In this document: piece by piece, positions 8,881 to 18,810 of the stretch | Layout: each line of letters begins with the position of its first letter | Numbering within the stretch: position 1 is the first letter of the stretch | NCBI GenBank assembly: GCA_963724665.1 | Contig: CAVRVH010000008.1 | Span: 145,648-209,647, forward strand | Direction: 5' to 3' | DNA: 64,000 nt | Source: an uncultured Solirubrobacterales bacterium | GTDB taxonomy: Bacteria > Actinomycetota > Thermoleophilia > Solirubrobacterales > 70-9 | Translations under genes and position numbers: made by a program | Notes under the pieces: model-generated | Seen by the model: only the letters and a program-made list of their open reading frames with translations | Databases searched by the model: none | What the model was told of the DNA's origin: nothing

Positions 8881-10577
8881 TGCCCGTCGAGCCCGCTGAG
8901 TATCCGCCGCCTGTCAAGCCGGCGGAGGAGTTCATCACAGGCATAACCGATCCCGAAGAGGAGCGGATCGAGGTCGGCGTGGCGATCGTCGGGGGAGGCC
9001 CCGCCGGACTCGCCTGCGCGAACAAGCTCATGCAGCTGCTGGAGAACGAACCCGAGTTGACCGAGAAGCTGGGTGAGGTCCCGGTCGCCGTCATCGAGAA
9101 GGGCAAGACTCCGGGCGCGCACCTGCTCTCGGGGGCGAACATGAAGCCGTCGGCGATGCAGGAGCTCTTCCCCGACCTCGATCCCTCGGACTGGCCCGTC
9201 TACCAGGAGGTCACCAAGGACGCGGTCTACCTCCTCACCAAGAAGATGGCGTTGCCTCTGGTGCCCATGCCGCCCAACTTCCGGAACCACGGCAACTACG
9301 TGACCTCGGTCGCGAAGCTCGGCCGCTTCCTCGCCGAGAAGGCCGAGGAGGCCGGCGTCTACATCCTCAGCGAGACCTCCGCGGACAAGCTGCTGGTCGA
9401 GGACCGCATCGTCCGCGGCGTCCGCTCCGGCGACAAGGGCCGCGGCAAGGACGGCGAGGAGCTCTCCAACTTCGAACCCGGGTCCGACGTGGTCGCCAAG
9501 GCCACCCTGCTCGCCGAGGGCACGCTCGGCCATCTGACGGGTGCCGCGCTCGACTACTTCGACCTGCGCGGCCCGAACGCGCAGCGCTGGGAGATCGGCG
9601 TCAAGGAGGTCTGGGAGGTCGAGAAGCCCCTGGACCGGGTCATCCACACGATGGGCTGGCCGCTGCGCAAGCGCGCCAAGTGGAACGAGTTCGGCGGCAG
9701 CTTCATCTACCCGATGGGCGAGGACAAGGTCGGGCTCGGCCTCGTCGTCGGCCTCGACACCACCGACGCCACCTTCTCCTGTCACGACGCCCTGCAGGAG
9801 CTCAAGGAGCATCCGTTCGTCAAGAAGATCCTCGACGGCGGCACACGGGTGGGCTGGGGCGCCAAGACGATCCCGTCGGGCGGCTACTGGTCGATGCCGA
9901 AGCGGCTCTCCAGCCCGGGCATGATGATCGCCGGCGACGCCGCCGGGATGGTCAACGTGCCGACGCTGAAGGGCATCCACTATGCGATGCACGCCGGCAT
10001 GTACGCGGCTGAGGCGATCGTCGAGTCGCTCAAGCAGGACTCGGTCAACTTCGAGAACTACGAGCGCAAGGTGAAGAAGTCGATCATCGAGGATGACCTG
10101 TTCGAGTCACGCAACATGCGCCAGGTCTTCTCGAAGGGCTTCTTCATCGGCGGTGCCCTCGCCAGCGCGATGACCATCACCAAGGGCCGTTTCCCCGGAG
10201 GTCACTGGAAGGCGGAGTCGGACGCCGAGATTCCCGTTGAGATCGACGGCGCCGCGAAGAGCTACCCGAAGCCGGACAACAAGTACCTCTACGACAAGCT
10301 CAACTCGGTCTTCCTCTCGGGCAATGCGACCCGCGACGATGCCCCGAACCACATCCGTATCCAGGAGCGCGTGCCGAAGGAGATCGCGCAGACCTGGGTT
10401 TCGATGTGCCCGGCGCAGGTCTACGAGATTCCCGAGGAGCAGCTCGAGAGCGGCGCGGAGACGGTTGACGTGCACGTCACGCCTTCGAACTGCGTGCAGT
10501 GCGGTGCGATCACCGCCAAGGGCGGTCGCCTCACCCTGCCCGAGGGCGGGGACGGGCCGCTCTACCAAGAGGTCTGA
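8880..10577 (+). CDS. Electron-transferring-flavoprotein:quinone oxidoreductase (ETF-QO)
   Basis: 565 aa. It has an N-terminal FAD fold (VAIVGGGPAGLACA) and a C-terminal 4Fe-4S ferredoxin-like module (CPAQVYE...CVQCGAITAKG). The start overlaps the etfA stop. Confidence 0.9.
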   Translation: MPVEPAEYPPPVKPAEEFITGITDPEEERIEVGVAIVGGGPAGLACANKLMQLLENEPELTEKLGEVPVAVIEKGKTPGAHLLSGANMKPSAMQELFPDLDPSDWPVYQEVTKDAVYLLTKKMALPLVPMPPNFRNHGNYVTSVAKLGRFLAEKAEEAGVYILSETSADKLLVEDRIVRGVRSGDKGRGKDGEELSNFEPGSDVVAKATLLAEGTLGHLTGAALDYFDLRGPNAQRWEIGVKEVWEVEKPLDRVIHTMGWPLRKRAKWNEFGGSFIYPMGEDKVGLGLVVGLDTTDATFSCHDALQELKEHPFVKKILDGGTRVGWGAKTIPSGGYWSMPKRLSSPGMMIAGDAAGMVNVPTLKGIHYAMHAGMYAAEAIVESLKQDSVNFENYERKVKKSIIEDDLFESRNMRQVFSKGFFIGGALASAMTITKGRFPGGHWKAESDAEIPVEIDGAAKSYPKPDNKYLYDKLNSVFLSGNATRDDAPNHIRIQERVPKEIAQTWVSMCPAQVYEIPEEQLESGAETVDVHVTPSNCVQCGAITAKGGRLTLPEGGDGPLYQEV

Positions 10578-11039
10578 CTACGGGGTAGAGCTGCCGGAGG
10601 CGTTCGCCGCGACGAACGCCGTTACGTCCTGCGCGTCCTTCCCGGTCACCAGGTTCCTGGGCATGTTTCCGGTCTTCCCGCCGGCTCCGTGGCTGTGGGG
10701 TCCGCCACCCGTTCTGATCGCGTGCAGCACATCCTCCTCGTTGACTGCGATGTCGTTGAGGTCCGGGCCGATCTGCCCGATCGTCCCGGCTGCGTGGAAG
10801 GTGTGGCACGAGCCGCAGTTCTGGACGAACAGCTCTTGACCGTGCTGCTCAGCGGGCGATAGCGGCTGCTCGGTGGCACCCCCGAGCGGAGCACCGCTCG
10901 AGGAAGTGTGCTGCTGGACGGTCGCGGAGTCGCTTCCCCCACCGCAGCCGAGCACAAGGAGTACGGTGGCCGCAGCGGCCACGCACGCAACTGCCGGGCC
11001 ATATTGCTCACGCATTGAGTACTCACGGCTACCCGACAT
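10578..11039 (-). CDS. Lipoprotein c-type cytochrome
   Basis: Only the 3' ~150 codons of the 589-aa ORF look coding. These carry a signal peptide plus lipobox (LLVLGC), the heme motif CGSCH and a distal Met (GNMP). The start is ATG 11039 or 11015. Confidence 0.75.
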   Translation of the reverse strand: MSGSREYSMREQYGPAVACVAAAATVLLVLGCGGGSDSATVQQHTSSSGAPLGGATEQPLSPAEQHGQELFVQNCGSCHTFHAAGTIGQIGPDLNDIAVNEEDVLHAIRTGGGPHSHGAGGKTGNMPRNLVTGKDAQDVTAFVAANASGSSTP

Positions 11040-11060
11040 CGGCTGATCTATGCTCGCGCC

Positions 11061-12569
11061 GTGGCGGACGATACGAGCCAGACGCTCGAGCGTGAGTTCC
11101 TTGAGTTCGCGCCCGACGCCGTCATCGGCGTCGATGAGACCGGGGAGATCAAGCTCGTCAATTCGCGAACCCGGGCTGTGTTCGGCTATGCGCGGGACGA
11201 GCTGATCGGCGAGCGGGTCGAGATGCTTGTGCCCGAGGGTGTCCGCGGAGGTCACGTCTCCCACCGCGACCGGTACTTCGACGCTCCGCGCACCCGCCCG
11301 ATGGGGGCCGGGCTCGATCTCTATGCCAGGCGCAAGGACGGCAGCGAGTTTCCGTGTGAGATCTCGCTCTCGACGGTCGCGACTGACCAGGGAATGATGG
11401 CTCTGGCGGCGATTCGAGACATCACCGACCGCAGACGGGATCGCGACGACCTTCGCCGTGCAGTCCGGCGGCTGCAGGCGGCGACCGACGTCGCCATCGC
11501 GGTTGGCGGCGAGACGGACCTCAACCGGGTGCTCGACGCGATAGTCGAGCGGGGACGGGCGCTGGTCGAGGCCAGGGCTCTGATCATCATGCTCCGCGAG
11601 GGTGAGGACCTCGTCGTCGCGGCAACGGCCGCGGTCGCCGACGGCCTCGACGCCAACGTCACAGAACACCGGATCTCCGCCCACGAGGCCTCGGAGCAGG
11701 TGCTGCTCGGGAGGGTCACCGGGGCGGATCTCGGAGCCGAGGAGAGCGGCCGGACCCTGCTCGCCCCCCTGCTCTTCCGCGGAGACCCGCTCGGCGTGGT
11801 TGTCGCGCTTGATCGCATCGGCGACCCCGGCCGCTTCGACGACGAGGATCAGCGAATGCTCGAGGCGTTCGCCGCCAGTGCCGCGACGGGTGTGGCGACG
11901 GCTCGGTCGATGGCCGAGGAGCGCCTCCAGAACACGATCGACGCCGCCGAGCAGGAGCGCAGCCGCTGGGCGCGGGAGCTGCACGACGAGACCCTCCAGG
12001 CCTTCGCGGTGCTGCGCATGCGCCTCTCGTCGGCGCTGCGGGAGGAGGACACCGAGGCGCTCGAGAAGACCGGCCAGGCCGCTGTCGAGCAGATCGACGA
12101 CGAGATCGTGAAGCTCCGCCGGCTGATCACGGAGCTGCGACCAGCGTCGCTCGACACGATCGGCCTCGAGGCCGCCCTTCAGGCCCTCGCCGAGCAGCAT
12201 CAGCAGGCGGCGACCATGGAGGTCAATTGCGACCTCGATCTGCCTCGCGATGGGGACACTCGGCCAACGCCCGTTCTTGAAACGGCCGTCTACCGCCTCG
12301 TCCAAGAGGCGCTCAACAATGCCTCCAAGCACTCGATGGCGCGCCACGCGGACATCACCGTGCGCGCCTCGCGAAGCTCGATCGAGATCGAGGTTCGCGA
12401 CGACGGCGTCGGCTTCGAGACCAATCTGGTCCCGGAGGGCTTCGGCCTGGTCGGCATGCGGGAGCGAGCCGCGCTCCTGGGTGGCACCCTCGACGTCGTC
12501 TCTACGCGCGGATCGGGAACCCGGATACGCGCCGAGATCCCGCTGTCCAGCCGGACAGACGAGCGCTAG
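11061..12569 (+). CDS. PAS-GAF sensor histidine kinase (HisKA_3/NarL-partner type)
   Basis: PAS segment (FAPDAVIGVDETGEIKLVNSR...RKDGSEFPCEISLS), a GAF-like middle region, the H-box ARELHDETLQ and the ATPase motif GFGLVGMRERAALLGG. Confidence 0.85.
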   Translation: MADDTSQTLEREFLEFAPDAVIGVDETGEIKLVNSRTRAVFGYARDELIGERVEMLVPEGVRGGHVSHRDRYFDAPRTRPMGAGLDLYARRKDGSEFPCEISLSTVATDQGMMALAAIRDITDRRRDRDDLRRAVRRLQAATDVAIAVGGETDLNRVLDAIVERGRALVEARALIIMLREGEDLVVAATAAVADGLDANVTEHRISAHEASEQVLLGRVTGADLGAEESGRTLLAPLLFRGDPLGVVVALDRIGDPGRFDDEDQRMLEAFAASAATGVATARSMAEERLQNTIDAAEQERSRWARELHDETLQAFAVLRMRLSSALREEDTEALEKTGQAAVEQIDDEIVKLRRLITELRPASLDTIGLEAALQALAEQHQQAATMEVNCDLDLPRDGDTRPTPVLETAVYRLVQEALNNASKHSMARHADITVRASRSSIEIEVRDDGVGFETNLVPEGFGLVGMRERAALLGGTLDVVSTRGSGTRIRAEIPLSSRTDER

Positions 12570-13219
12570 ACGTCAATAAGCCCGCGCTCGATCGCATAGC
12601 GGACGAGCTCGGAGCGGGTGGTCATCGACAGCTTCTGTTGGATGTGCGCGCGGTGGGACTCGACGGTGCGCACGCTCAGGTAGAGCTGCTCGGCGATCTC
12701 GTTGTTCGTGTGGCCAAGCGCGATCAGCCGGAGAACCTCCAGCTCGCGCTCGGAGAGATCGTCGGGGGTCGCCGCATCGGGCTCGGCTGCGAGGCGGGCG
12801 CCGAGCTCCGGCTGCAGGTAGGTGCGTCCCTCGGCGGCCATGCGGACGGCCTTGACCAGCTCCTCGCTGGCGGCCTCCTTGAGGATGTAGCCGAGCACTC
12901 CGGCCTGCAGCGCTTCGCGAGCGAAGGCCGTCTCGTCCTGCATCGTCAGCACGACGATCTCCGTGGCCGGCGATTGCTCGCGGATCGAGGGAATCGCCGC
13001 GAGACCTGATCCACCCGGCATGTTGATGTCGAGGATCAGGACCTTGGGGCGGTGCCCGCTGACGTAGCGGCCGGCCGAATCCGCGTCCCCGGCCTCGGCG
13101 ACCACCTCGATGTCGGGCTCGCGCTCGAGCATCAGGCGCAGGGCGCTGCGGACGACGGCGTGGTCATCCGCAAGTACTACGGAGATCGTCTCGGCCGCTT
13201 CCTCCCCCGATTCGGGCAC
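12566..13219 (-). CDS. NarL/LuxR-family response regulator
   Basis: Receiver domain (VVLADDH...ILDINMPGGSG) plus a LuxR HTH (LSERELEVLRLIALGHTNNEIAEQLYLSVRTVESH). Confidence 0.9.
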   Translation of the reverse strand: MPESGEEAAETISVVLADDHAVVRSALRLMLEREPDIEVVAEAGDADSAGRYVSGHRPKVLILDINMPGGSGLAAIPSIREQSPATEIVVLTMQDETAFAREALQAGVLGYILKEAASEELVKAVRMAAEGRTYLQPELGARLAAEPDAATPDDLSERELEVLRLIALGHTNNEIAEQLYLSVRTVESHRAHIQQKLSMTTRSELVRYAIERGLIDV

Positions 13220-13360
13220 GGTCGTACCTTAGCCCGGCCCGCCCGCGCAGGAGGCACGCTTCGACTACCGCAACTCGATGCCCGGGATCTTGTTTTGGTG
13301 GGCGTGGGGAAGGGGGCGTTAAACAAGAGGGTTTCGAGGCCGGCGGTCGGCAGGAGGGTC

Positions 13361-15082
13361 ATGCTGGCCTCGCTCGTGGCAGCACTGCTCTGCGCGGCCA
13401 TCGGCCTCGCTCCCGGCGGCAGCGAAGCGAAGAAGCGCCACGCCGCCAAGCAGAAGCGCCCGAACATCGTCCTGATCATGGACGACGACCAATCGGTCAA
13501 CCTGCAGCAGTACCTCACCAAGACGAATGCCGACATCGGGGCGAAGGGAGTGACCTTCGACAACTCGTTCGTCAACTACTCGCTCTGCTGCCCGTCACGC
13601 TCGACCATGCTCACGGGCCAGTACGCGCACAACCACGGGGTGAGGGGCAACCAGCTTCCCTCGGGCGGGTACAGCAAGCTGGCGCCGACGATCGGCAACA
13701 CGATGCCGGTCTGGCTGCAGCGAGCCGGCTACTACACGGCCCACATCGGCAAGTTCCTGAACGGCTACGGCGCCACGGTTCCGGACACGACGGTCCCGCC
13801 CGGCTGGAACGAGTGGTACGGCTCGATCGACAACCCCGATCAGTTCACGGGAGGCACCTACACCGCGTACGGCTACACGCTCAACGAGAACGGGCAGATC
13901 GTCCACTACGGCACGACGCCCGACGTCGTCGATCCCGCCACCTACCAGACCGACGTGTACTCGCAGAAGGCGGCGGACTTCATCCGGCGCCGGGCGCCGA
14001 GCAACAAGCCCTTCTATCTCTCCGTCGCGCCGCGTGATCCGCACGCGGAGGCGGCCGCTTGCAATTGCAACGGAGACAACCCGCGCGCGGCGCCGCGCTA
14101 CGAGGGACATTTCGCCGGCCTCAAGGCGCCTAGGAATCCGGACTTCAATGAGGCCGACGTCTCGGACAAGCCCTCCAACATCAAGGATCTGCCGCTGCTC
14201 AGCGCGAGCGCTCAGGACGCCGTGGATGCCCGGTATCGGGCCCGCGCGGAGGCCGTGCTCGGCGTCGACGACCTCGTCCAGAACGTGGTCAGCACGCTCC
14301 AGCAGGAGGGCGAGCTCAAGAACACCGTGCTCATGTTCACCTCGGACAACGGCTTCTTCCACGGCGAGCATCGCGTGCCTCAGGGGAAGGTCCGCCTCTA
14401 TGAGCCCTCGATCCGGGTCCCACTCGAGATCCGCGCTCCGGGGATGCCCAAGGGCGTCCACCGCACCCAGCCGGTTGGCAACGTCGATTTGACCGAGACG
14501 ATCCTCGATTTCGCCCATGCGAAGGCGGGGCGCAAGGAGGACGGCATGTCCCTCGTCCCGATCATGGAAAAGAAGCGCTATTGGCCGGGCCGCGGAATGG
14601 ACCTGGAGACCTACTTCACGCCCGACACCCTCGAGGATCCCGAAGACCCGCCGCTCAACTACCAGGGCGTGCGCACGGATCGCTACCTCTACGCCAACTA
14701 CGGCACAGGCGAGCAGGAGCTGTACGACCTGCGCAACGACCCGTTCGAGCTGCAGAACGCGGCCAGCAACCCGGCGTACGCGGCGGTCAAGGCGTCGCTG
14801 CAGCGGTTGCTCGGCGGTTTGGCGAACTGCGCCGGGCGAACCTGCCGGACGAAGCCGGCACTGAAGCTCAAGGCTCGGGACTGCTCGACCGCCCTGGTCG
14901 CCGGCAAGGGCGACGCACAGGAGGCGACCTTCTACCTGCGGGGCAAGAAGATCGGAAGCGACGCGAAGCCACCGATCCGCATCGGCCTCCACCATGCCTC
15001 ATCCGGCGAAAAGCTGGAGGTGGTGGCGAGCTCGCTCGACGGCCGGAAGGTCAGCCTGACGCGGAAGCTGCGCGGCTGCTGA
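13361..15082 (+). CDS. Secreted sulfatase (formylglycine-dependent)
   Basis: ATG 13361 follows CAGGAGGG. It has a signal peptide, PNIVLIMDDDQ, the sulfatase signature SLCCPSRSTMLTGQ (CxPxR) and FTSDNGFFHGEH. Confidence 0.85.
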   Translation: MLASLVAALLCAAIGLAPGGSEAKKRHAAKQKRPNIVLIMDDDQSVNLQQYLTKTNADIGAKGVTFDNSFVNYSLCCPSRSTMLTGQYAHNHGVRGNQLPSGGYSKLAPTIGNTMPVWLQRAGYYTAHIGKFLNGYGATVPDTTVPPGWNEWYGSIDNPDQFTGGTYTAYGYTLNENGQIVHYGTTPDVVDPATYQTDVYSQKAADFIRRRAPSNKPFYLSVAPRDPHAEAAACNCNGDNPRAAPRYEGHFAGLKAPRNPDFNEADVSDKPSNIKDLPLLSASAQDAVDARYRARAEAVLGVDDLVQNVVSTLQQEGELKNTVLMFTSDNGFFHGEHRVPQGKVRLYEPSIRVPLEIRAPGMPKGVHRTQPVGNVDLTETILDFAHAKAGRKEDGMSLVPIMEKKRYWPGRGMDLETYFTPDTLEDPEDPPLNYQGVRTDRYLYANYGTGEQELYDLRNDPFELQNAASNPAYAAVKASLQRLLGGLANCAGRTCRTKPALKLKARDCSTALVAGKGDAQEATFYLRGKKIGSDAKPPIRIGLHHASSGEKLEVVASSLDGRKVSLTRKLRGC

Positions 15083-15085
15083 GCC

Positions 15086-15607
15086 TCAGTCGAGTCCGCG
15101 CCAGGCACGCAGCCGCGGTACCCAGCCGGGAACGCCGCGCCTGTAGGCGTCGTACTCGTCGCCGAACCGCGCCCGGAGCGTCGGCTCCTCATAGAGCCGA
15201 ACGAAACAGAAGACGGTCCCGCCGAATGCTCCCGCCCAGATCAGCAGCGCGGGTTGACCGAGCAGCAGGGCCTGCCCGACGATCGTCGAGGTTACGGCGA
15301 GGTACATCGGGTTCCGTACATGGCGATAGACGCCGCCGATGACCAGGTGACGGGGCGGTGCAACCGGGGCGGGGGTTCCGAGGCCCTCCACGACGAAGCG
15401 AGTGAAGGCCTGCAGGAGGAAGCCGACCCCCGCCACGATCAGCGCTACGCCGAACGCGCGCAGGAGCGCCGGGCTTGATTGCGTGTCCCAGCTCGTGATG
15501 AGCCAGGGGACGAGGCCGGCCGCGACACCCGGGGCGATGACCAGGAAGAGGGCGCTCCCGAGGGCTGCCCGGGTTCTACGCACTGGCCGGGGCGGCCTGG
15601 CGCGCAA
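15086..15607 (-). CDS. Isoprenylcysteine carboxyl methyltransferase (ICMT)/phospholipid methyltransferase family membrane protein
   Basis: 173 aa and multi-TM, with the family motif GVYRHVRNPMYLAV...EEPTLRARFGDEY. Confidence 0.75.
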   Translation of the reverse strand: MRARPPRPVRRTRAALGSALFLVIAPGVAAGLVPWLITSWDTQSSPALLRAFGVALIVAGVGFLLQAFTRFVVEGLGTPAPVAPPRHLVIGGVYRHVRNPMYLAVTSTIVGQALLLGQPALLIWAGAFGGTVFCFVRLYEEPTLRARFGDEYDAYRRGVPGWVPRLRAWRGLD

Positions 15608-16415
15608 ACTCCTCGATCAGCTGCGCCAGGCGCTCCGGCTGATCCTCCGAGACGAACGTGTAGGAGTCCTCGATTCGTTCCAGGGTCGCACCCTGGATGG
15701 CCTCCGCCAGCCGCTCCGCAAAGGAGAGCTTGAAGAAGCGATCCTCGACGGCCCAGGCGAGCATCGCCGGTCGGTCGAAGGTGCGCAGCTTCTCGGCGGC
15801 TTCGAACGTGTACTTCGGATCGATGCCCTTCAGGACCTTGATCGTGTCGCGGCGGATCCCCTTGTTCGTCAGGTACGGATCGACCCACTCGCGTGTCGGC
15901 GCGCCCGCGAAGTCCCGCTTGATCAGCCAGCCGTAGGCGATCGGCAGCCTGCGAAGGGCCGAGAAGCGCATTCCGGCCATCATCCCCGTCAGGCCGCCGG
16001 GCACCTTCGCGGCCCACTGCAGCGGCCGGAACGCCGGTGGCAGGAAGTTCTCGAACGCGTCGCAATTGGTGAGCACCAGCCGGCCGATCCGCTCGGGGTG
16101 GTTGGCCGCTGTGATCTGGGAGATGGCCCCGCCGGTGTCGTTGCCGACGAGGGTGACGTCCTGCAGGTCGAGCCCCTCGAGGAAGCCCGCGACGATCCGC
16201 GCGAGTCCTGGAGGAGAGAGGTCGGCGTCCGGATTGAGCGGCTCCGGATGAGAGCCGAGCGGCAGCTCGGGGACGATGCAGCGGAAGCGGTCCTCCAGCA
16301 ACGGAGTGACCTTGCGCCAGAGCCGCCCATCGACGAGCAGACCGTGCACGAAGACAATGGGAGGGCCCTCGCCTGACTCGCGGTAGTGGATGTTCCCCTC
16401 TGGGAGCTTGATCAT
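15576..16415 (-). CDS. Alpha/beta hydrolase
   Basis: ATG 16415 follows GAGGAGG. Motifs are PPIVFVHGLLVDG and the nucleophile elbow LVGNDTGG. The upstream part of the 398-aa ORF is non-coding-like. Confidence 0.85.
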   Translation of the reverse strand: MIKLPEGNIHYRESGEGPPIVFVHGLLVDGRLWRKVTPLLEDRFRCIVPELPLGSHPEPLNPDADLSPPGLARIVAGFLEGLDLQDVTLVGNDTGGAISQITAANHPERIGRLVLTNCDAFENFLPPAFRPLQWAAKVPGGLTGMMAGMRFSALRRLPIAYGWLIKRDFAGAPTREWVDPYLTNKGIRRDTIKVLKGIDPKYTFEAAEKLRTFDRPAMLAWAVEDRFFKLSFAERLAEAIQGATLERIEDSYTFVSEDQPERLAQLIEEFARQAAPASA

Positions 16416-16951
16416 GCGGGCCTCCTCAGGCTTCGGAGCTGTGTCTGCAGGAACTTCGGCCAGGAGCGCGGGCTGAGCGCCACGGTCTTGACCAACGGGG
16501 TCGCGTCGAGGTAGGCGAATCGCTCGACGGCTTTGCCGTCTCGGAGCTTGATCCGGTCGCAGCTGTGCATCGTGAATGGGCGCCCACCGATCGTTCCCTC
16601 CAGCCGCAGCTCGATGTAGACCACGTCGCCACTGGATGCCCAGTTCTCGACGATCCCATGCAGGTCCGATACGAGGTCGAAGAGCGGCCGGGCGAACTCC
16701 TCGCGAAAGGCCTGCTTCCCGACGATCGGTCGGACCGACGGCTGGATCATGCGCACCTCGGGCTGAAACCACGGCTCGAAGTGGTCGCAGAACGTGTCGG
16801 CGTCGACCGGGTTGGCCCAGCCCTCGGTGAACATCTCAACCCACGCCTGGGCCTCCGCGTCCGCCGCCGCGTCAGCGGCGGCGGTAGAGCCGGCGGCGGT
16901 TTTTGTGGCCGCCGTTGATGGCGAAGCCGTAGCCGAGTTTCCGCTGGTCAT
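16412..16951 (-). CDS. SnoaL/NTF2-like fold protein
   Basis: 179 aa counted from MTSGNS. It is translationally coupled at both ends (ATGA overlaps) and has an NTF2-like core (FCDHFEPWF...[11 protein letters not shown]). Confidence 0.65.
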   Translation of the reverse strand: MTSGNSATASPSTAATKTAAGSTAAADAAADAEAQAWVEMFTEGWANPVDADTFCDHFEPWFQPEVRMIQPSVRPIVGKQAFREEFARPLFDLVSDLHGIVENWASSGDVVYIELRLEGTIGGRPFTMHSCDRIKLRDGKAVERFAYLDATPLVKTVALSPRSWPKFLQTQLRSLRRPA

Positions 16952-17391
16952 CACTCGCCTCCCAGTTGGCGCTGCATGGTGATCGAGTCGAGGTAGGTGT
17001 GCTTGCTGGCGATCAGACCGTCGCGGACCTCGATCACGTCGACGCACGGAACCTGCACCCGAGCACCGCGGATGCCGATTTCCTCTCCGTCGACCTCAAT
17101 CGCCTGCTCAACGGTTCCGCTCATCGTCGACTCGAGCACCCAGTGGTCCTCACCGAGCTGGAGGGACCGCTCGGCGAAGTGGATGTCGGGCATCATCGCG
17201 ATGTAGCCGGCGAACGCCTCGCGTACCGCCCCCTTGCCCTTGGCCAGGGGGGACCCGGCGGCGAACGCGGTGAAGACGCAATCGTCGGTGTGCAGGTCCA
17301 TGATCGCGTCGAGGTCCTGGCGGTTCCAGGCCTCGCCGTAGCGCTGGGCGAGCATCTGGATCGCGGTGCTTGTGTCGGTGGCGGTTGTCAT
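16951..17391 (-). CDS. SnoaL-like/ketosteroid-isomerase-like protein
   Basis: 146 aa. [23 protein letters not shown] is typical of SnoaL-like polyketide-cyclase-fold proteins. Confidence 0.7.
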   Translation of the reverse strand: MTTATDTSTAIQMLAQRYGEAWNRQDLDAIMDLHTDDCVFTAFAAGSPLAKGKGAVREAFAGYIAMMPDIHFAERSLQLGEDHWVLESTMSGTVEQAIEVDGEEIGIRGARVQVPCVDVIEVRDGLIASKHTYLDSITMQRQLGGE

Positions 17392-17424
17392 CGAGTTGCC
17401 TTTCTTCTTGCGGCTGGGATTCGC

Positions 17425-17463
17425 ATACAGACTGTATGTATATCCGACCTACAGGCTGTATGT
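17425..17463. promoter_or_regulatory. Two tandem AT-rich palindromes (ATACAGaCTGTAT and TACAGgCTGTA, each followed by GT), 24 bp apart; candidate operators
   Basis: Read directly in the divergent intergenic region between the SnoaL/hydrolase operon (-) and rpmE (+). This is the lowest-GC stretch of the region. Confidence 0.4.
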
Positions 17464-17544
17464 CAACGTGAGCACGGCCACACAAGCCGGGCCGCTCCTT
17501 GCGGCTTGCGGCGGTGTTCTTTGGCCTGGCTAGACTTGAACGAG

Positions 17545-17751
17545 ATGAAGACCGAAATCCATCCCGAATACGTCCTCTCGCACGTCCATTGCTCGTGCGG
17601 AAACGACTTCTATACGCGCTCCACGAAGCCCGAGCTGCACGTGGAGATCTGCTCGCAGTGCCACCCTTTCTATACGGGCAAGCAGAAGCTGGTTGACACC
17701 GGCGGCAGGGTCGAGCGGTTCCGTCGCCGGGCCGCCAAGCGCGCCCGTTGA
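17545..17751 (+). CDS. rpmE: 50S ribosomal protein L31 (Zn-ribbon, C+ type)
   Basis: [27 protein letters not shown]...[13 protein letters not shown]. 68 aa. Confidence 0.95.
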   Translation: MKTEIHPEYVLSHVHCSCGNDFYTRSTKPELHVEICSQCHPFYTGKQKLVDTGGRVERFRRRAAKRAR

Positions 17752-18749
17752 GTTCCGAGCCCGCCTCATCGTCCAACGGGGCGCGGCCGCGGGTCGCCCA
17801 GTCAGAGCGCATGCCGGACGGGAAGCCCGTCGCGGTGGGCGACGCGCCGATCGGCGGCCAGGCGGTGCTCGAGGGAGTGATGATGCGCGGCGTCTCGACC
17901 TGGTCGGTCGCCTGCCGCACGCCGGAAGACGAGATCCAGGTCACCTCCGAGCCGATCGTCTCCTGGGCGAAGCGCAGCCGGCTCCTGCGGTTGCCCGTCA
18001 TCCGCGGCGTGGTCGCGCTCGCCGAGTCGCTCAAGATCGGCTTCAAGGCGCTGGCGATCTCCGCGAACGCGCAGCTCGCCGACGGGGAGGAGGAAGAGGA
18101 GATCGGCGGCTTCACCTGGGGTCTGACGATCTTCTTCTCGCTGCTTCTCGCGGTCGGGCTCTTCTTCGTCATCCCGGTCGGGGCCACCAGCCTGATCAAG
18201 GACCAGCTCGGCTCCCCGCTCCTCTTCTGGCTCGTCGAGGGCGTCCTGCGCACCGCGATCTTCATTGGATACCTGGCCCTGATCAGCAAGCTGCCTGACC
18301 TGCGCAGGGTCTTTCAGTACCACGGGGCGGAGCACAAGACGATCTCCTGCTTCGAGGCTGGGGATGAGCTCATCCCGACCCGGGCCAAGGAGTACTCGCG
18401 GCTGCATCCGCGTTGCGGGACGAGCTTCCTGCTGATCGTGATGGTCCTCGCCATCTTCGTCTTCGCGCCGATCGGGCTGCCGGCCTGGTACTGGCTCGTG
18501 CTCTCGCGGATCCTCGGCATCCCACTGATCGCGGGTCTCTCCTACGAGGTGATCAAGTGGGCGGGCAAGCACCGCAACAAGAAGTGGGTCCGCGCCCTGA
18601 TGTGGCCGGGCCTGATGCTGCAAAACCTCACCACCCGCGAGCCCGACCTCGATCAGCTCGAGGTCTCGATTCGCTCGCTGCAGGCCGTGCTCGCCGTCGA
18701 GGATCCCTACGAGGCGAAGCGCGACCAGGCGATCGAGATAGTCGCCTAG
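17748..18749 (+). CDS. DUF1385 (YqhQ-like) membrane protein
   Basis: [27 protein letters not shown] and YHGAEHKTI motifs are present. The position between rpmE and prfA is conserved. The start is TTG 17748 (overlapping the rpmE stop) or ATG 17811. Confidence 0.85.
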   Translation: MSSEPASSSNGARPRVAQSERMPDGKPVAVGDAPIGGQAVLEGVMMRGVSTWSVACRTPEDEIQVTSEPIVSWAKRSRLLRLPVIRGVVALAESLKIGFKALAISANAQLADGEEEEEIGGFTWGLTIFFSLLLAVGLFFVIPVGATSLIKDQLGSPLLFWLVEGVLRTAIFIGYLALISKLPDLRRVFQYHGAEHKTISCFEAGDELIPTRAKEYSRLHPRCGTSFLLIVMVLAIFVFAPIGLPAWYWLVLSRILGIPLIAGLSYEVIKWAGKHRNKKWVRALMWPGLMLQNLTTREPDLDQLEVSIRSLQAVLAVEDPYEAKRDQAIEIVA

Positions 18750-18810
18750 ATAAGAGACCTCTCACTCCTGCCTTACCGGTGGTTCAGCCCGTGCGGCGAC
18801 GATCGCCGGG

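Noticed and set aside
10578-12347. 589-aa minus-strand ORF overlapping the PAS-GAF kinase.
   Set aside because: Only the last ~150 codons (10578-11039) look like a real gene (signal peptide, lipobox, CGSCH heme motif). The remainder is the antisense shadow of the kinase gene.
17425-17463. LexA/SOS boxes. CTGT/ACAG motifs occur here, and GAACtacgGTTA occurs at 4905-4916.
   Set aside because: The E. coli-type box needs CTGT-N8-ACAG, whereas here the spacing is ACAG-N1-CTGT or CTGT-N15-ACAG. The actinobacterial GAAC-N4-GTTC box is matched only imperfectly at 4905-4916, and that site sits upstream of a non-SOS gene.
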